Positions 50,501 through 62,417 of a DNA stretch of 64,000 nucleotides are shown piece by piece. The position numbers and the translations under genes are program-made. The stretch is from Macrostomum lignano (lineage: Eukaryota), in contig NIVC01003487.1 of the NCBI GenBank assembly GCA_002269645.1, positions 1 to 64,000 on the forward strand. Reading direction: 5' to 3'. How positions within the stretch are numbered: position 1 is the first letter of the stretch; the number at the start of each line of letters is the position of its first letter. Below the pieces are notes generated by a model. The model saw only the letters and a list, made by a program, of their open reading frames with translations, searched no databases and was not told the origin of the DNA.

Positions 50501-52053
50501 TGGTAGCTGGTGCTTGGTAGCACAAGGAGTATGTTGACATTTGGAAATTTAGCACAGGGGAATGAAGTATTCAACACTAGCACTATTGTACTTAGGATGG
50601 CTATGTTCAAGTTTAGTATATTTGGACTATACATTTTAGGATTTTATTTTTTCCGAAAGGGTAAGTTTGACAAGTGTACTGTTTGTATGTACTTTTATAT
50701 ATTCCTTTCGATAAGGACAACATGCTACATGTATTACCACATTCATTTTTCACTCATTTCTATAGCAAACTATTCATGCATACAAAAACTATTTATATGT
50801 AGATTGTAGACATTGTTTGTTTATGGCCCATGCATCAATGCTGTGCAGCAATATAGCATTGTTGCACTGAAAAAAAGTTATATACTATTACTCTAAAATA
50901 ATCTCTAAAATGATGTTAAAATGTCCAGTTTCCTAAAAAATAGCAATAGAGGCCTGCATGAATGCACAGCAAGCTTGCCAGTGAGTAAAAACCTCCGTAA
51001 CTCTGTTGGCCTTCTTTAAGTCCCATAAAAAAGGCGTAGCGCAAAGGGTAGTCGGGTGAAAATAAATTTAATGGAACAATATGACACTTTAGTTCATAAC
51101 TTCATACCATAGACATAAGTATATATATAATTATAGACACTCATATTATTAGCATTGCTATACTCCCAGCCATGCTTGAGTGCCTCATTAATGCATAGTT
51201 TAGCAATACTCGTTAGTCGTTATAATGGATGTATAAAAACAAACAAGTAAATTTTAGAAATTCAGTTTTTCAACATTCGTGATTCGTAATATCTTGTTTT
51301 GCAAAATGTTTTGTAATGTTTTATAATGTCTTGTTTTGTAATATTTCGTGAAAACATTGAAACTTAACTTGAAGACAAGCTATATATTTTCTAGAAAAAG
51401 CTTCTACTAACGAAAAAACTAAGTCGCAAAACTAAGTCGCATTTTTGGTCAAAACTAAGTCGCACGGCCAGCGTAATTTCAGAGGTTGCGCATGTATGGG
51501 ATGTTAGGGATTCAGGATTGGAGGTGCTGGATAGAGTGCTTTAAGTTTTAAATTATTTAATACTTTACTTCGAAGTATATTCACTATTCGAATGGGTTCA
51601 TCATTCTGAGCCCTTAGTGTTCACGACGGTTGACCTGTCAAACCTTTCCATTATTATCTTCGAATCAAAGGCCAATTGTACTCGTATGATTTTCGTGTGT
51701 TCACGAGTTCTGGTCCCGCGCCACCCCTTCACAGTGACCTTCCGTCGGCTGCACCCCACCGAGAGCCCGCTGGCCCTGGTGCTGTCCTGGCTGCACGGCA
51801 CCTCAGCGGTAGCGGACGGCTCCTCCGAAGACGATGGCAGCTCCGTGTTCGAAAGAAAGAAAATCGTGCTGCAGGAGAACGACTCGGGCCTGGTTAATGT
51901 GAGTTCTGGGCACCGCCTGTGCATTGCGGCTGCAATAAGACAGACAGACAGCCAGGCAGACAGACAGACAGACAGACAGACAGCCAGGCAGACAGACAGG
52001 CAGACAGACAGACCAGCAGACAGACAGACAGACAGTCAGACAGCCAGCCAGGC

Positions 52054-52094
<41 letters not shown>

Positions 52095-52208
52095 GGCAGG
52101 TAGGCAGGCAGGCAGGCAGACAGCCAGGCAGACAGCCAGGCAGACAAACAGACAGACAGGCAGGCAGGCAGACAGCCAGGCAGACAAACAGGCAGGCAGA
52201 CAGCCAGG

Positions 52209-52239
<31 letters not shown>

Positions 52240-52360
52240 CCAGGCAGACAGACAGACAGACAGACAGGCAGGCAGGCAGACAGACAGACAGACAGACAGG
52301 CAGACAGGCAGGCAGGCAGGGAGACAGCCAGGCAGACAAACAGACAGGCAGACAGCCAGG

Positions 52361-52391
<31 letters not shown>

Positions 52392-52449
52392 CCAGACAGA
52401 CAGACAGACAGGCAGGCAGACAGACAGACAGACAGACAGACAGCCAGGC

Positions 52450-52502
<53 letters not shown>

Positions 52503-52600
52503 GGCAGGCAGACAGCCAGGCAGACAAACAGACAGACAGGCAGGCAGGCAGACAGCCAGGCAGACAAACAGGCAGGCAGACAGCCAGGCAGACAGCCAGG

Positions 52601-52635
<35 letters not shown>

Positions 52636-52798
52636 GCAGACAGACAGACAGACAGACAGACACAGACAGGCAGACAGAGAGACAGGCAGACAGAGAGACA
52701 GACAGACAGGCAGGCAGGCAGACAGCCAGGCAGACAAACAGACAGACAGGCAGGCAGGCAGACAGCGAGGCAGACAAACAGGCAGGCAGACAGCCAGG

Positions 52799-52855
<57 letters not shown>

Positions 52856-53069
52856 CAGCAGACGCAGCCGGCAGCCCCCCCCCCCCAATCCGCAGTGGTC
52901 GGCCTTCTCCGTGCCAGAGCTCAGCAACTTCCTGCACATCCTGCAGCGGGAGGAGTCAGAGTACCGCGAGTCCATCCAGCTCAAGTACCTGCTTGTGAAG
53001 CGGGAGATGCGGCGCCGCCTGAGGCAGCTGGACAAGCAGAAGCAGGCGCTGGAGGAGGACTGGCCGTAG
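35509..53069 (+). CDS. RASSF: RASSF1/3/5-like Ras-association + SARAH protein; exons 35509-35730, 36328-37024, 39303-ca.39505, ca.43433-43884, 44112-44586, 51735-51898, 52896-53069
   Basis: RA domain (FSGRVRVHVNLIRPI...EVVQALL...KFALYE...FRRLHPTESPL...IVLQEND) and SARAH (VNWSAFSVPELSNFLHILQREESEY). The last three exons are secure; the exon 3/4 junction phase is ambiguous. Confidence 0.85.
37205..37666. repeat. 20-bp intronic minisatellite (CCTCCTCAGAGACTCGTTCC)
   Basis: Tandem array. Confidence 0.95.
38575..39085. repeat. 20-bp intronic minisatellite (TTTAGTTCAGTTTAGATGAG)
   Basis: Tandem array with an internal larger duplication. Confidence 0.93.
40560..40870. repeat. 51-bp pyrimidine-rich tandem repeat
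   Basis: CTATCCCTTCTCACTCCCTACTCCTTAGCTCTACATCAACCTAGCCTGACT, about 6 copies. Confidence 0.9.
41560..43340. repeat. 27-bp intronic minisatellite (AATAGGGATCAGAATCCTATGGTTTCC)
   Basis: About 65 copies; stop-free on both strands in one frame. Confidence 0.97.
43900..44085. repeat. (TCTG)-derived microsatellite filling the short RASSF intron 43885-44111
   Basis: Direct reading of the sequence. Confidence 0.9.
44619..44915. mobile_element. 297-bp hAT MITE (element A), same family as element B, opposite orientation
   Basis: 14-bp TIR CATACATGCGCAAC; perfect 8-bp TSD TTTCTGGA (44611-44618, 44916-44923). Confidence 0.92.
44745..44808 (+). other. Degenerate eukaryotic 28S rDNA fragment inside MITE A (not an rRNA gene)
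   Basis: GGGTAAACGGCAGGAGTAACTATGACTGCCTTATTAAGCCAAAATGCCTCGTCAGCTACTTAGT versus the recalled conserved LSU sequence GGGTAAACGGCGGGAGTAACTATGACTCTCTTAAGGTAGCCAAATGCCTCGTCATCTAATTAGT. Confidence 0.85.
45330..45850. repeat. Subterminal 41-42 bp tandem array of element B, two AAGTCGCA motifs per unit
   Basis: AACTAAGTCGCAAAAAGGATCAGGTAAGTCGCA(A/T).. repeated about 11 times; probable transposase-binding sites (inference). Confidence 0.9.
45991..50036 (-). CDS. hAT transposase with a long N-terminal extension; exons 50036-48409 and 48304-45991; 1313 aa if spliced
   Basis: DDE core: VLDTTSD, TTDGAAVMTG, HCAAH, RWVAS, LPISSAEAERGFS (ZNF862/DUF4371-like). N-terminal CxxC...H zinc finger. The GT-AG intron 48408-48305 joins the two ORFs in frame. 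Confidence 0.88.
51938..52860. repeat. (CAGA)n/(CAGG)n tetranucleotide array filling the last RASSF intron
   Basis: Direct reading; the overlapping long ORFs are artefacts. Confidence 0.97.
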
Positions 53070-53664
53070 GCGGCCGTTGCAAGCAGCAGCTGATTCAGCA
53101 ATTTCCTGTGTAAAAATGCGCATCTCCCTCAGCCTCTACTCGGCATCGTCCGAAACTCTTTCAAAGAGCTCGCATGCTGTTTCCAGTTCTCAACTTCCAC
53201 ACGCCTCATCTGAGTACTTTTATTTAATTGCGGCTGCCTGCAACAGGTGAGCGGATATTGGCTGCCCAGCCGCCATTTTGATTGGCTGCTCAATGCTGAC
53301 GGTTTCTGTATGAACTGAATGAACTTGTATTTAAAAAATTATAAATCGTAGCCTATGTACGCCACTGTGACTACTTACTGAAAGTAGCTTAAAACAAAAT
53401 ATTTTTGTGTCTGCTAAATTAAAAGAATCTTTTTTTCTGCCGTTCGCCCCTGCAACCGGTTTCTGCTAATTAAGTTCTTCTGTGTGCTAAAAATTTAACG
53501 TTATAACTTAAGAAATATATTGCCCACCGGTTGAGTACTTCGGAATTGGATAGCTCAAATCACTGCATCCTCTTGCTTGCATTTCTCGTTACTCAGTAAT
53601 ACTACTTGTAAATGTAAGTAGTATCAGGATTTTTAACCGATCAGGTTCCGCCTACGATGATAGG

Positions 53665-53672
53665 TAGATACC

Positions 53673-53709
<37 letters not shown>

Positions 53710-53710
53710 G

Positions 53711-53755
<45 letters not shown>
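53665..53755. repeat. (GATA)n microsatellite
   Basis: Direct reading. Confidence 0.97.
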
Positions 53756-53924
53756 GCATGTAGCTAGACAGACAGTTAAGACATACATTCGGTATGCAGA
53801 TAGATAGATTAGGTGCATGTATGTCCTAGGGCTTACTTTTGTCTTAATAAAATAATCCTACTAATGCCACCAAAGTTGTCCTCTGGGTTTTGGCTCTCTC
53901 TTTGTCTGAGTCTGGGTAGCGTTC

Positions 53925-54020
53925 TTAGTAATGTTCTGGTAGCGTTCTTAATAATGTTCTGGTAGCGTTCTTAGTAATGTTCTGGTAGCGTTCTTAGTAA
54001 TGTTCTGGTAGCGTTCTTAT
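53925..54020. repeat. 23-bp tandem repeat (GTTCTGGTAGCGTTCTTAGTAAT), about 4 copies
   Basis: Direct reading. Confidence 0.85.
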
Positions 54021-54436
54021 AAATTTTCCGGTAGCGCTTTAGTAAACTTGGCCTGAGCGGTCTTACTGGTATGCATGTATGTACTATTCTCCAGTCTGGG
54101 CGTTACCGAGATTAGAGGGTCACGGCGCTTACTCTAAACGTGTACTTCTAATGCATGTACTCCATTGGTCTATACTCCTGATCACCTCGGCGAGTTTCTC
54201 CGAATACTTTACTGCAAAATGATTGATAAATCTGAGAACGATCTTTATAGCGAACACGTTTTGAAGCCTATAGTAAGCGAACGAATTATCCTTTCTTCCC
54301 ATAAATTCGCTCCTTATACTAAATCACAAAGATTATAACAAAAGAATATCAATTTCGCGCTAATTTTAAAGCAACATTTTCTAGAAATACCGTTCAGTAA
54401 CGCTATTACATGCACATGTAGGTACATGCGTATATA

Positions 54437-55715
54437 TTAGGGTGAGCCAAAAGTTTCCGGAATTTTTAGAATCGAACTTTTAGTTAATTTTTGTCTATGG
54501 AAAAGCTTAAAAGCAGCAACCATCTACTATGCTGTTGGCCAGCCTTATCATCACTCTTTAGCTTAACATTGCTCAGTTTCCCGACCCTGCCTACTTAAGC
54601 CAGCAAACGCATCCAATGGAACTGCCAAGAACTGAATGGCGAGCATGCAATTCTGCTCAACCACTTTCATGCGGGACGCAACGCAGCAGAGGCACATCGC
54701 GAGTTGTTGCAGCTGATGGACCCACATGCACCCTCCAAGTCGTCGGTATACGACTGGTTCTCTCGCTTTGCTGAGGAGAACTATGAGCTGAAGGACAAGC
54801 CGAGGTCAGGCCGACCCCCTGCTGCTGATGGCGATGCCGTTCTCCAAGCCCTTGAGGACAATCCGGACTACAGCGTGCGCAAGCTGTCAGCCGCTACTGG
54901 GGTGTCCTATGGCACGGTCCGGCGAAGCCTATGCAGACAATTAAGGTGCCGAAGAAGCTAACTCTGATGCTCCATGAGCTGACACCCCAGCAGTTGAGAG
55001 CCAGGGTGGATGTGGCAACTTCGAATCTTCGCCAGGCCGGTTCGCCAAACTTTCTCAAGTCGATAATCGCTCAAGACGAGAAGTGGGTCTGCTATGAGAA
55101 CCCAAGCACATCAGCCGTCTGTGTCGATGCTTCTGAAGAACTACCCAGCTGCCCAATGCGGAACCCCCACTGCGGCAAGGAGCTGCTCTCTTTCTGGTTC
55201 TGCTCGTCTGGCCCTGTTTTCTGGGAGGTCATCCCGCATGGCATGGCTGTGAACGCGGAGGTGATCTGCAGCGAACTGGAGCAGGTCGCCCGTTTGCTGC
55301 GATCCGTGTGCCCGGGACACTGCGACAAGGTGCTCCTCTTCGACAATGCGCGGCCTCACAAAGCAAGACTCACCCAGGCCAAGCTGGCAAGCCTGGGCTT
55401 CAGTGTTTTGCCCCACCCACCATACTCGCCAGACCTCTCGCCATGTGACTACCATGTGTTCAGGTCTCTCCAGAGCTTTTGTGATGGACAGCGGTTCGCC
55501 AACAAGCAACATGTGGAGCAGGCAGTGCAGAAATGGATTGATTCAAAGCCTGCGAGCTTCTGGAGGGAGGGGATTGAGGCATTGCCAGCAAGATGGGAGA
55601 GGGTCAGGGCCTTGAATGGCAACTACATCACATCGCTGTAAACTGTTTGTTCTTGACACTATATTTGTTATAGTTTTAAAATGTTCAAATTCCGGAAACT
55701 TTTGGCTCACCCTAA
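54437..55715 (+). mobile_element. Full-length mariner (DD34D), 1279 bp; transposase 54616-55641 disrupted by two frameshifts
   Basis: 29-bp TIR TTAGGGTGAGCCAAAAGTTTCCGGAATTT with TA on both sides. QDEKW, FDNARPH and HPPYSPDLSPCD with 34 residues between the last two Asp. Frameshifts near 54648 and 54940. Confidence 0.95.
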
Positions 55716-57977
55716 TAGTTAGATAGAATAAGTTAAGGTAAATAACTTTTTAGTGATGAGGACGCATTTTTTTCAATCTTAAAACCGCACAATTTGCTCC
55801 GATGCGCTTTTTCCCCTACTGTCAGTAGGCTAGCTTAGTACTTTCTCTCTATTCTCTGATCTAGGCTGGGTTCTATATTAATTTATGACATTATTATTAA
55901 TTCTTTTAGATACTCAATGTACTTCCCTTAGGATTCTATTTTTGGGTTGTTTACGCATCTTTGAAGGTCAGGCTGTCTGGGTCTGAGACGGGTTGACCTT
56001 TAACAGTCTAGACAGGCGACACTAAGTCTGGGAGGAATGTTTTTAATATCCTTCTGGCCCCCTGATTTGTGACTTTTTCACTATTTTTAGTTATTTATGA
56101 CGGTCTAGCTGTCATGTTTGGCTCCAGCCTGTCTGGGTCAAAGAGGTCTTTCCAGCAATTTCTCCCCACTCGCTCTGTTACCTTCTCCTTTGATTTATGG
56201 GCGTTTTGCAGTCACTTTTGGCTCCAGGATGTCTAGACAAGTGACTTTTATTTTGCTTTGCACGTGATTTATGACCGCACCTGTCAACTTCCCTGGGGTC
56301 TGAAGGCCACCTGGTTGGGGTGGGTTTTGGGGTCTTGAGCTCAGCCAATCAGAGACGACCTGACTGCCCCTGCTCGTCCAATCAGAAAATTCGGCGCCTA
56401 TTTTAACAAAAGCTCTCAGCCAATCAGAAAATTCGGCGCGCGTTATAACAAATCGGCCGCATGAGAGCTAAAAGGCGGCAACTCGACCCGCGCTCAAAAA
56501 GGCTCGGCCTGATACTGCCTTCAGGCTCTTCTCCCTTCGGTCCTGCCGACCTGATCCCCCTTCCCCGGCAGTTTTGGCTTCAACAGCTAAGTTCCCCCTG
56601 AGAAGCATCAGATCAATACATGTATCTCCCGGCAGTGATCTAAGAGCAGCAACGACAACCGGCAAGTGAAGAGTACCGGCGGCACCCGTCAGTTAAGATC
56701 AGCAGCAGCATCCCATCCGAGCGCTTCGGTCTCTGCGGATCCCTTGGCTACCGGCAGTTAGGTCCTCTGATTGGTTTGGTGAGAGGCTCTCTTGACCTGC
56801 TTAACTGGGTGCGCCTTTGTTTGACCCCTTCCTGGGTAGTCTGATAGGATTTGCACTTTTGCTTACTTGCTTTTTGCGTGCCAAACTCGAGGCAGAAGTG
56901 TCATTTAATACTAAAAGTAGCCATTTGCTCTGACTCAATCAAAGGCGTTTAGGATTGCGGATTAAGTAAGAAAGTTAAATCTAGAAGTTAAAGACTTAGT
57001 GTTTTCTTTCTTTTTCGCAATGCCAGCTGAGATGAGTGGCTAGATCTAGGGGCAGAGGTCACAGTGGACCGGAAGCGGCACAGTTCCCAGTCAATTAGTC
57101 GATCTACTAAGCATTCATAATAAGCATGCAACCTAAGTGCCAGACTGGTGCTTTCGCGCAGTCTCAGGCAGCTAAGCGGCTAAAGCGAGTTAAATGTTAG
57201 TCTAAAGATCTCCAAAGGCGGCAATACACCTACATAATCGCTATCTGTCGACGCGTTAACACATTTAGTGCCAAAGGTGTGCAGTTACGTGTACTTGTAC
57301 ATGTACTTCTGGGAATTCGGTAATGAAATAGTACATTCAGTAGTGTATAGAGGCTCGCCAGCGCAAGAACCCCCTGCAGAAGTCCTCTCTGTCCCTGCAT
57401 GGCCAATGCGATCTTAGTCCCTGCAGCGTCCCTTCTATTCGGCTATGACTTCGAGATTGACAGCTAAAAGACACTAGTTGGCAGGTGAGTGCTGTGCTCT
57501 CTAGTCGGAAGTCCGATTTCGATAGCTCCGGTTTGGTGAGCCGGGGCGCACGGACTGGGGGCAGCGGGTTAGTTAATCTGCGGATTAGCTAATCTCTACC
57601 TTTCAAATTCCCCCTGCTTGTCTCTCGCTGTCTTCTCTTAGCTATAGGACCTTGCTGCTCGCCCACAATCTAGCTACCACGGGGCTGACCATCTGACAGG
57701 AGTGAGAAGCCAGAGCTTTAAGTGATTCATTTCTGAGTTCCGAGGGCCGAAGCTACAGGCTTAAAAAGGCCGAACCCATCATTAGCAGGATATTTAGCAA
57801 CTAGTAGATTGGATAAAAACGCAAATGTGTATTTGTACTTCATAGAAGCAAAATAACTTTGGCATACATGTACTTGTAAGCATCGATCATGAATTTTTCA
57901 AATAAAGCTGTGATATTTTGCCATCCCTACGAGCGTACATGAAATCAAATTTGTCAAAGCAATGATGCAGCGCAGCA

Positions 57978-58991
57978 TCAGCCCTGAATGTAGTAATCGC
58001 CGAATCGAACCCGGGGCCTTCGAAATCCGCGACCGCCCATTGTGTTGCGCAGCTGCTCGTCGGGCGAGTACTTCGGCTTGGGCCGCTCGAATTTCACCTC
58101 CGGGATGTCCGGATTGGACCAGATGTCCTTCAGGTCGTTGAGGTTCTCCGGGGTCATGGTGGGGTCAGGTATCACCGGCTCCTCCGCATCGACCTCAGCT
58201 GATCCTCCGGTGTCGCCGCCGCTTCCGCCTTCGACATCACCGGCAGGGTCGGGCAGCAGGTCGTCCAAATCGTCGTCGCTGTTTTCAGCGGAGGCTTCAA
58301 CAGGAGGGGGTGAAATTTGAAGTCAGAGCAGCGATGAAACACCGGAGCGCAGATAGGGGAGTGAAATTGGGATGAGTTTAGAGACTCGAAATTCAGAGTG
58401 ACATTGAAATTAGAAATGGTGGCGCAATAGAGTGCCATTGAAGTTTGAGTGACACGTACAGAACTGTATTAGAGTGACACAAGTGTATTGGAGTGACACA
58501 AGTGTATTGGAGTGACACAACTGTATTGGAGTGACACAACTGTATTGGAGTGATACAATTGTGTGTATTTGGGTGACACAAATGTATTGGAGTGACACAA
58601 CTGTATTGGAGTGACACAACTGTATTGGAGTGACACAACTGTATTGGAGTGATACAATTGTGTGTATTTGGGTGACACAAATGTATTGGAGTGACACAAC
58701 TGTATTGGAGTGACACAACTGTATTGGAGTGACACAAATGTATTGGAGTGACACAAATGTATTGGAGTGACACAAATGTATTGGAGTGACACAAGTGTAT
58801 TGAAGTGACACAACTGTGTATTGGGGTGACAAATGTATTGGAGTGACACAACTGTATTGGAGTGACACAACTATTTTAGAGTTACACAAATAAATAATTT
58901 TACCTGGCATGCCCATCGACTGAGACTTGAGCAGCAGCGCCGCAGTGAGAAGCAGGAGACTCAGGTTCGAGGCAGAAAACACGAGAAACAT
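57978..58991 (-). CDS. Small putative secreted protein, 134 aa; exons 58991-58904 and 58294-57978
   Basis: Hydrophobic leader MFLVFSASNLSLLLLTAALLLKSQS; phase-1 junction CCAG/gtaaaa ... ttgaag/CC; acidic middle; basic C-terminus GGRGFRRPRVRFGDYYIQG. Confidence 0.65.
58465..58880. repeat. 19-20 bp intronic minisatellite (GTATTGGAGTGACACAACT)
   Basis: Tandem array within intron 58295-58903. Confidence 0.95.
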
Positions 58992-59409
58992 TTTCTTCGA
59001 AGTGGCAAAGCAAACACAAGTCTGTAAACTTTATCTGGTCGCTTTCCGGGTCTGTCGCAGATATTCATGCATGCTCAGCGACTTGCGATGACGAGTTTTT
59101 ATAGGCAAAAAGATCGGAAATTGGAAATTGGTCAGTCTGGTGCAGTGAGTAAATTTGGCAGACTTCTTATCTTGGGCCTGAGAGCGTTCTGGGCGGGGGC
59201 AGTTCAGAATGCCTGCGTGGGCTTTGGGTGCCTAAAATTTGAAAGAATTACATGTACCTGCGGGTTATCACGAAGACACGGAAAATAATAATTACCAGCC
59301 ATCACGTGACCACGCAAAACTCGCGGCTTCATTTTGGTCATCGAAATAAAGCATAACAAAAATACATGTACAGTGTATGAGTATTAGATAGCTTATCTAT
59401 GCACCACGG

Positions 59410-61045
59410 ATGGCTAATCTAGCTCATGGGTTGCTAATCCATAGGTTGATAATCTAGCTCATGGGTTGCTAATCCATAGGTTGATAATCTAGCTCATGGG
59501 TTGCTAATCCATAGGTTGATAATCTAGCTCATGGGTTGCTAATTCGTAGGTTGATAATCTAGCTCATGGGTTGCTAATCCATAGGTTGATAATCTAGCTC
59601 ATGGGTTGCTAATTCGTAGGTTGATAATCTTGCTCATGGGTTGCTAATCCATAGGTTGATAATCTAGCTCATGGGTTGCTAATCCATAGGTTGATAATCT
59701 AGCTCATGGGTTGCTAATCTAGCTCATGGGTTGCTAATCCGTAGGTTGATAATCTAGCTCATGGGTTGCTAATCCGTAGGTTGCTAATCTAGCTCATGGG
59801 TTGCTAATCTAGCTCATGGGTTGCTAATCCATAGGTTGATAATCTAGCTCATGGGTTGCTAATCCGTAGATTGATAATCTAGCTCATGGGTTGCTAATCT
59901 AGCTCATGGGTTGCTAATCCATAGGTTGATAATCTAGCTCATGGGTTGCTAATCCATAGGTTGATAATCTAGCTCATGGGTTGCTAATCCGTAGATTGAT
60001 AATCTAGCTCATGGGTTGCTAATCTAGCTCATGGGTTGCTAATCCATAGGTTGATAATCTAGCTCATGGGTTGCTAATCCATAGGTTGATAATCTAGCTC
60101 ATGGGTTGCTAATCTAGCTCATGGGTTGCTAATCGGTAGGTTGATAATCTAGCTCATGGGTTGCTAATCTAGCTCATGGGTTGCTAATCTAGCTCATGGG
60201 TTGCTAATCTAGCTCATGGGTTGCTAATCTAGCTCATGGGTTGCTAATCCGTAGATTGATAATCTAGCTCATGGGTTGCTAATCTAGCTCATGGGTTGCC
60301 AATCCGTAGATTGATAATCTAGCTCATGGGTTGCTAATCTAGCTCATGGGTTGCTAATCCGTAGGTTGATAATGTAGCTCATGGGTTGCTAATCCGTAGG
60401 TTGCTAATCTAGCTCATGGGTTGCTAATCTAGCTCATGGGTTGCTAATCCGTAGGTTGATAATCTAGCTCATGGGTTGCTAATCTAGCTCATGGGTTGCT
60501 AATCCGTAGGTTGCTAATCTAGCTCATGGGTTGCAAATCCGTAGATTGATAATCTAGCTCATGGGTTGCTAATCTAGCTCATGGGTTGCTAATCCGTAGG
60601 TTGATAATCTAGCTCATGGGTTGCTAATCCGTAGGTTGATAATCTAGCTCATGGGTTGCTAATCCGTAGGTTGCTAATCTAGCTCATGGGTTGCTAATCC
60701 GTAGATTGATAATCTAGCTCATGGGTTGCTAATCTAGCTCATGGGTTGCTAATCCGTAGGTTGATAATCTAGCTCATGGGTTGCTAATCCGTAGGTTGAT
60801 AATCTAGCTCATGGGTTGCTAATCCGAAGGTTGCTAATCTAGCTCATGGGTTGCTAATCCGTAGATTGATAATCTAGCTCATGGGTTGCTAATCTAGCTC
60901 ATGGGTTGCTAATCCGTAGGTTGATAATCTAGCTCATGGGTTGCTAATCCATAGGTTGATAATCTAGCTCATGGGTTGCTAATCTAGCTCATGAGTTGCT
61001 AATCTAGCTCATGGGTTGATAATCTAGCTCATGGGTTGCTTATCT
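59410..61045. repeat. Two-module satellite (CTAGCTCATGGGTTGCTAAT with optional CC(A/G)TAGGTTGATAAT)
   Basis: Irregular alternation of a 20-bp and a 15-bp module. Confidence 0.95.
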
Positions 61046-61699
61046 AGCGCGTTCAGGATTTAATCATCCTGGGCTTTAAAATAGCTCAGCTCGAACTCCT
61101 GAAAAATAAATTAACGATGTTAAACGAACTTTTCAGATTTAAAACAGTAAATCTATAATTAATTTCAATATTTATTATTGTCCTTTTTTGTCACAAACAA
61201 CAAATCACCCGCAGCTCATAAAACAGAAAATTTACGTTCTTTTACTCAATAGGTACAGAATCTGTCTGAAATTTCACGCACAGAATTTAACAATTAGCAC
61301 GGAAGACGTGGCCACCAAGCTCAGTTTATGGCACATGCGCGCGTCCGTTACGGATTTATCAAAAATGCACAAATTTGTTTAAATCGGAGAGAGAGTTATT
61401 ACGAGCGTATTGGCCCGACTCAATCAAAAGGCGTAAAAGTGAGAGCACTGCGACCGCTTCAACACTGCTTATCTTGCACTGAGAATGTTCTGATTTTTAA
61501 CAATTTTTTCTAATACGACTAGTGTTGCGGTGGCTACTTGTACTTGAGTGAGTAGGCAAGTAAGGAGTTTTACATTTGAAACATAAACATTTGAATGTTT
61601 TAATGAGTTTTAAAGAAAATTTGCTCTTAACTATACTTGAGCACATGTAGTTACTGGCCTGCTCCTTAACACGACTGGCTGTTCAAATTTGCATTCAAA

Positions 61700-61995
61700 G
61701 CTGCAACTTGGAGAGGGGAGAGGAGAGGGAAGATAGAAGAGGGGAGAGAGGAGAGGGGAGAGGGGAGAGCGAAGATGGGTGAGAGGAGAGGGGAGAGGCG
61801 AGAGGCGAGAGGGGAGAGAGGAGAGGGGAGAGGCGAGAGGGGAGAGAGGAGAGGCGAGAGAAGAGAGGGGAGAGAGGAGAGGCGAGAGAAGAGAGGGGAG
61901 AGAGGAGAGGCGAGAGAAGAGAGGGGAGAGGCGAGAGAGGAGAGGCGAGAGAGGAGAGGCAAGAGAGATAAGGGGAGAGAGGAGAGAAGGGAGAA
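61700..61995. repeat. Polypurine (GA-rich) low-complexity tract
   Basis: Direct reading. Confidence 0.9.
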
Positions 61996-62417
61996 GAACG
62001 CTGAGAAGAGACTTATTAAGTCTTGATCAGATCAGATTGGTATTGTGAAGTTTCAAACGACCCGAGGGAGGGCCTTTGATAGAGAGACTTTGCGGGCCGT
62101 AGTTTGGCGACCCCTGCTCCATTTGAAGCATTAGTTAAAGGCTCAATGTTCTGTGCGAAAATGCATCATTGAGATGGGAAATTTCAGTTTTTAAGCACTA
62201 ATCTAAATATACTAAATCTCTAAGGTTTGTATGTTTGTCCATAACGCTCTAGAGATTGCAATAAATTTACTATTCCTGAATGTTTTGGACTGACGACATT
62301 TTTGGCCTTGTACTATCTAGCCAATAAAGCAGCCTGCAATTGAATATTCGCGTCACCTCGTGTTGCCAGTCCGGTCCCCGAGCTGCGGGAGGGCCAGTCA
62401 GTCACGTGACCGGGGGC

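Larger units (their letters stand above)
45135..51498 (-). mobile_element. Putatively autonomous hAT DNA transposon (element B), 6364 bp, in a RASSF intron
   Basis: TIR CATACATGCGCAAC / GTTGCGCATGTATG; perfect 8-bp TSD GGATGTTA (45127-45134, 51499-51506); subterminal AAGTCGCA motif arrays at both ends. Confidence 0.95.

Noticed and set aside
44616-51501. A single composite transposon with a 3-bp GGA TSD
   Set aside because: The internal TIRs reveal two elements, each with its own perfect 8-bp TSD; the GGA match is a by-product.
57640-57720. LTR primer-binding site (TGGTAGCTAG on the minus strand)
   Set aside because: No paired LTRs or gag/pol sequence, and the tRNA complementarity is imperfect.
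57978-58080. NPF/NPY neuropeptide assignment
   Set aside because: It lacks GRPRF-G-KR, and RFG is not followed by a basic cleavage site.
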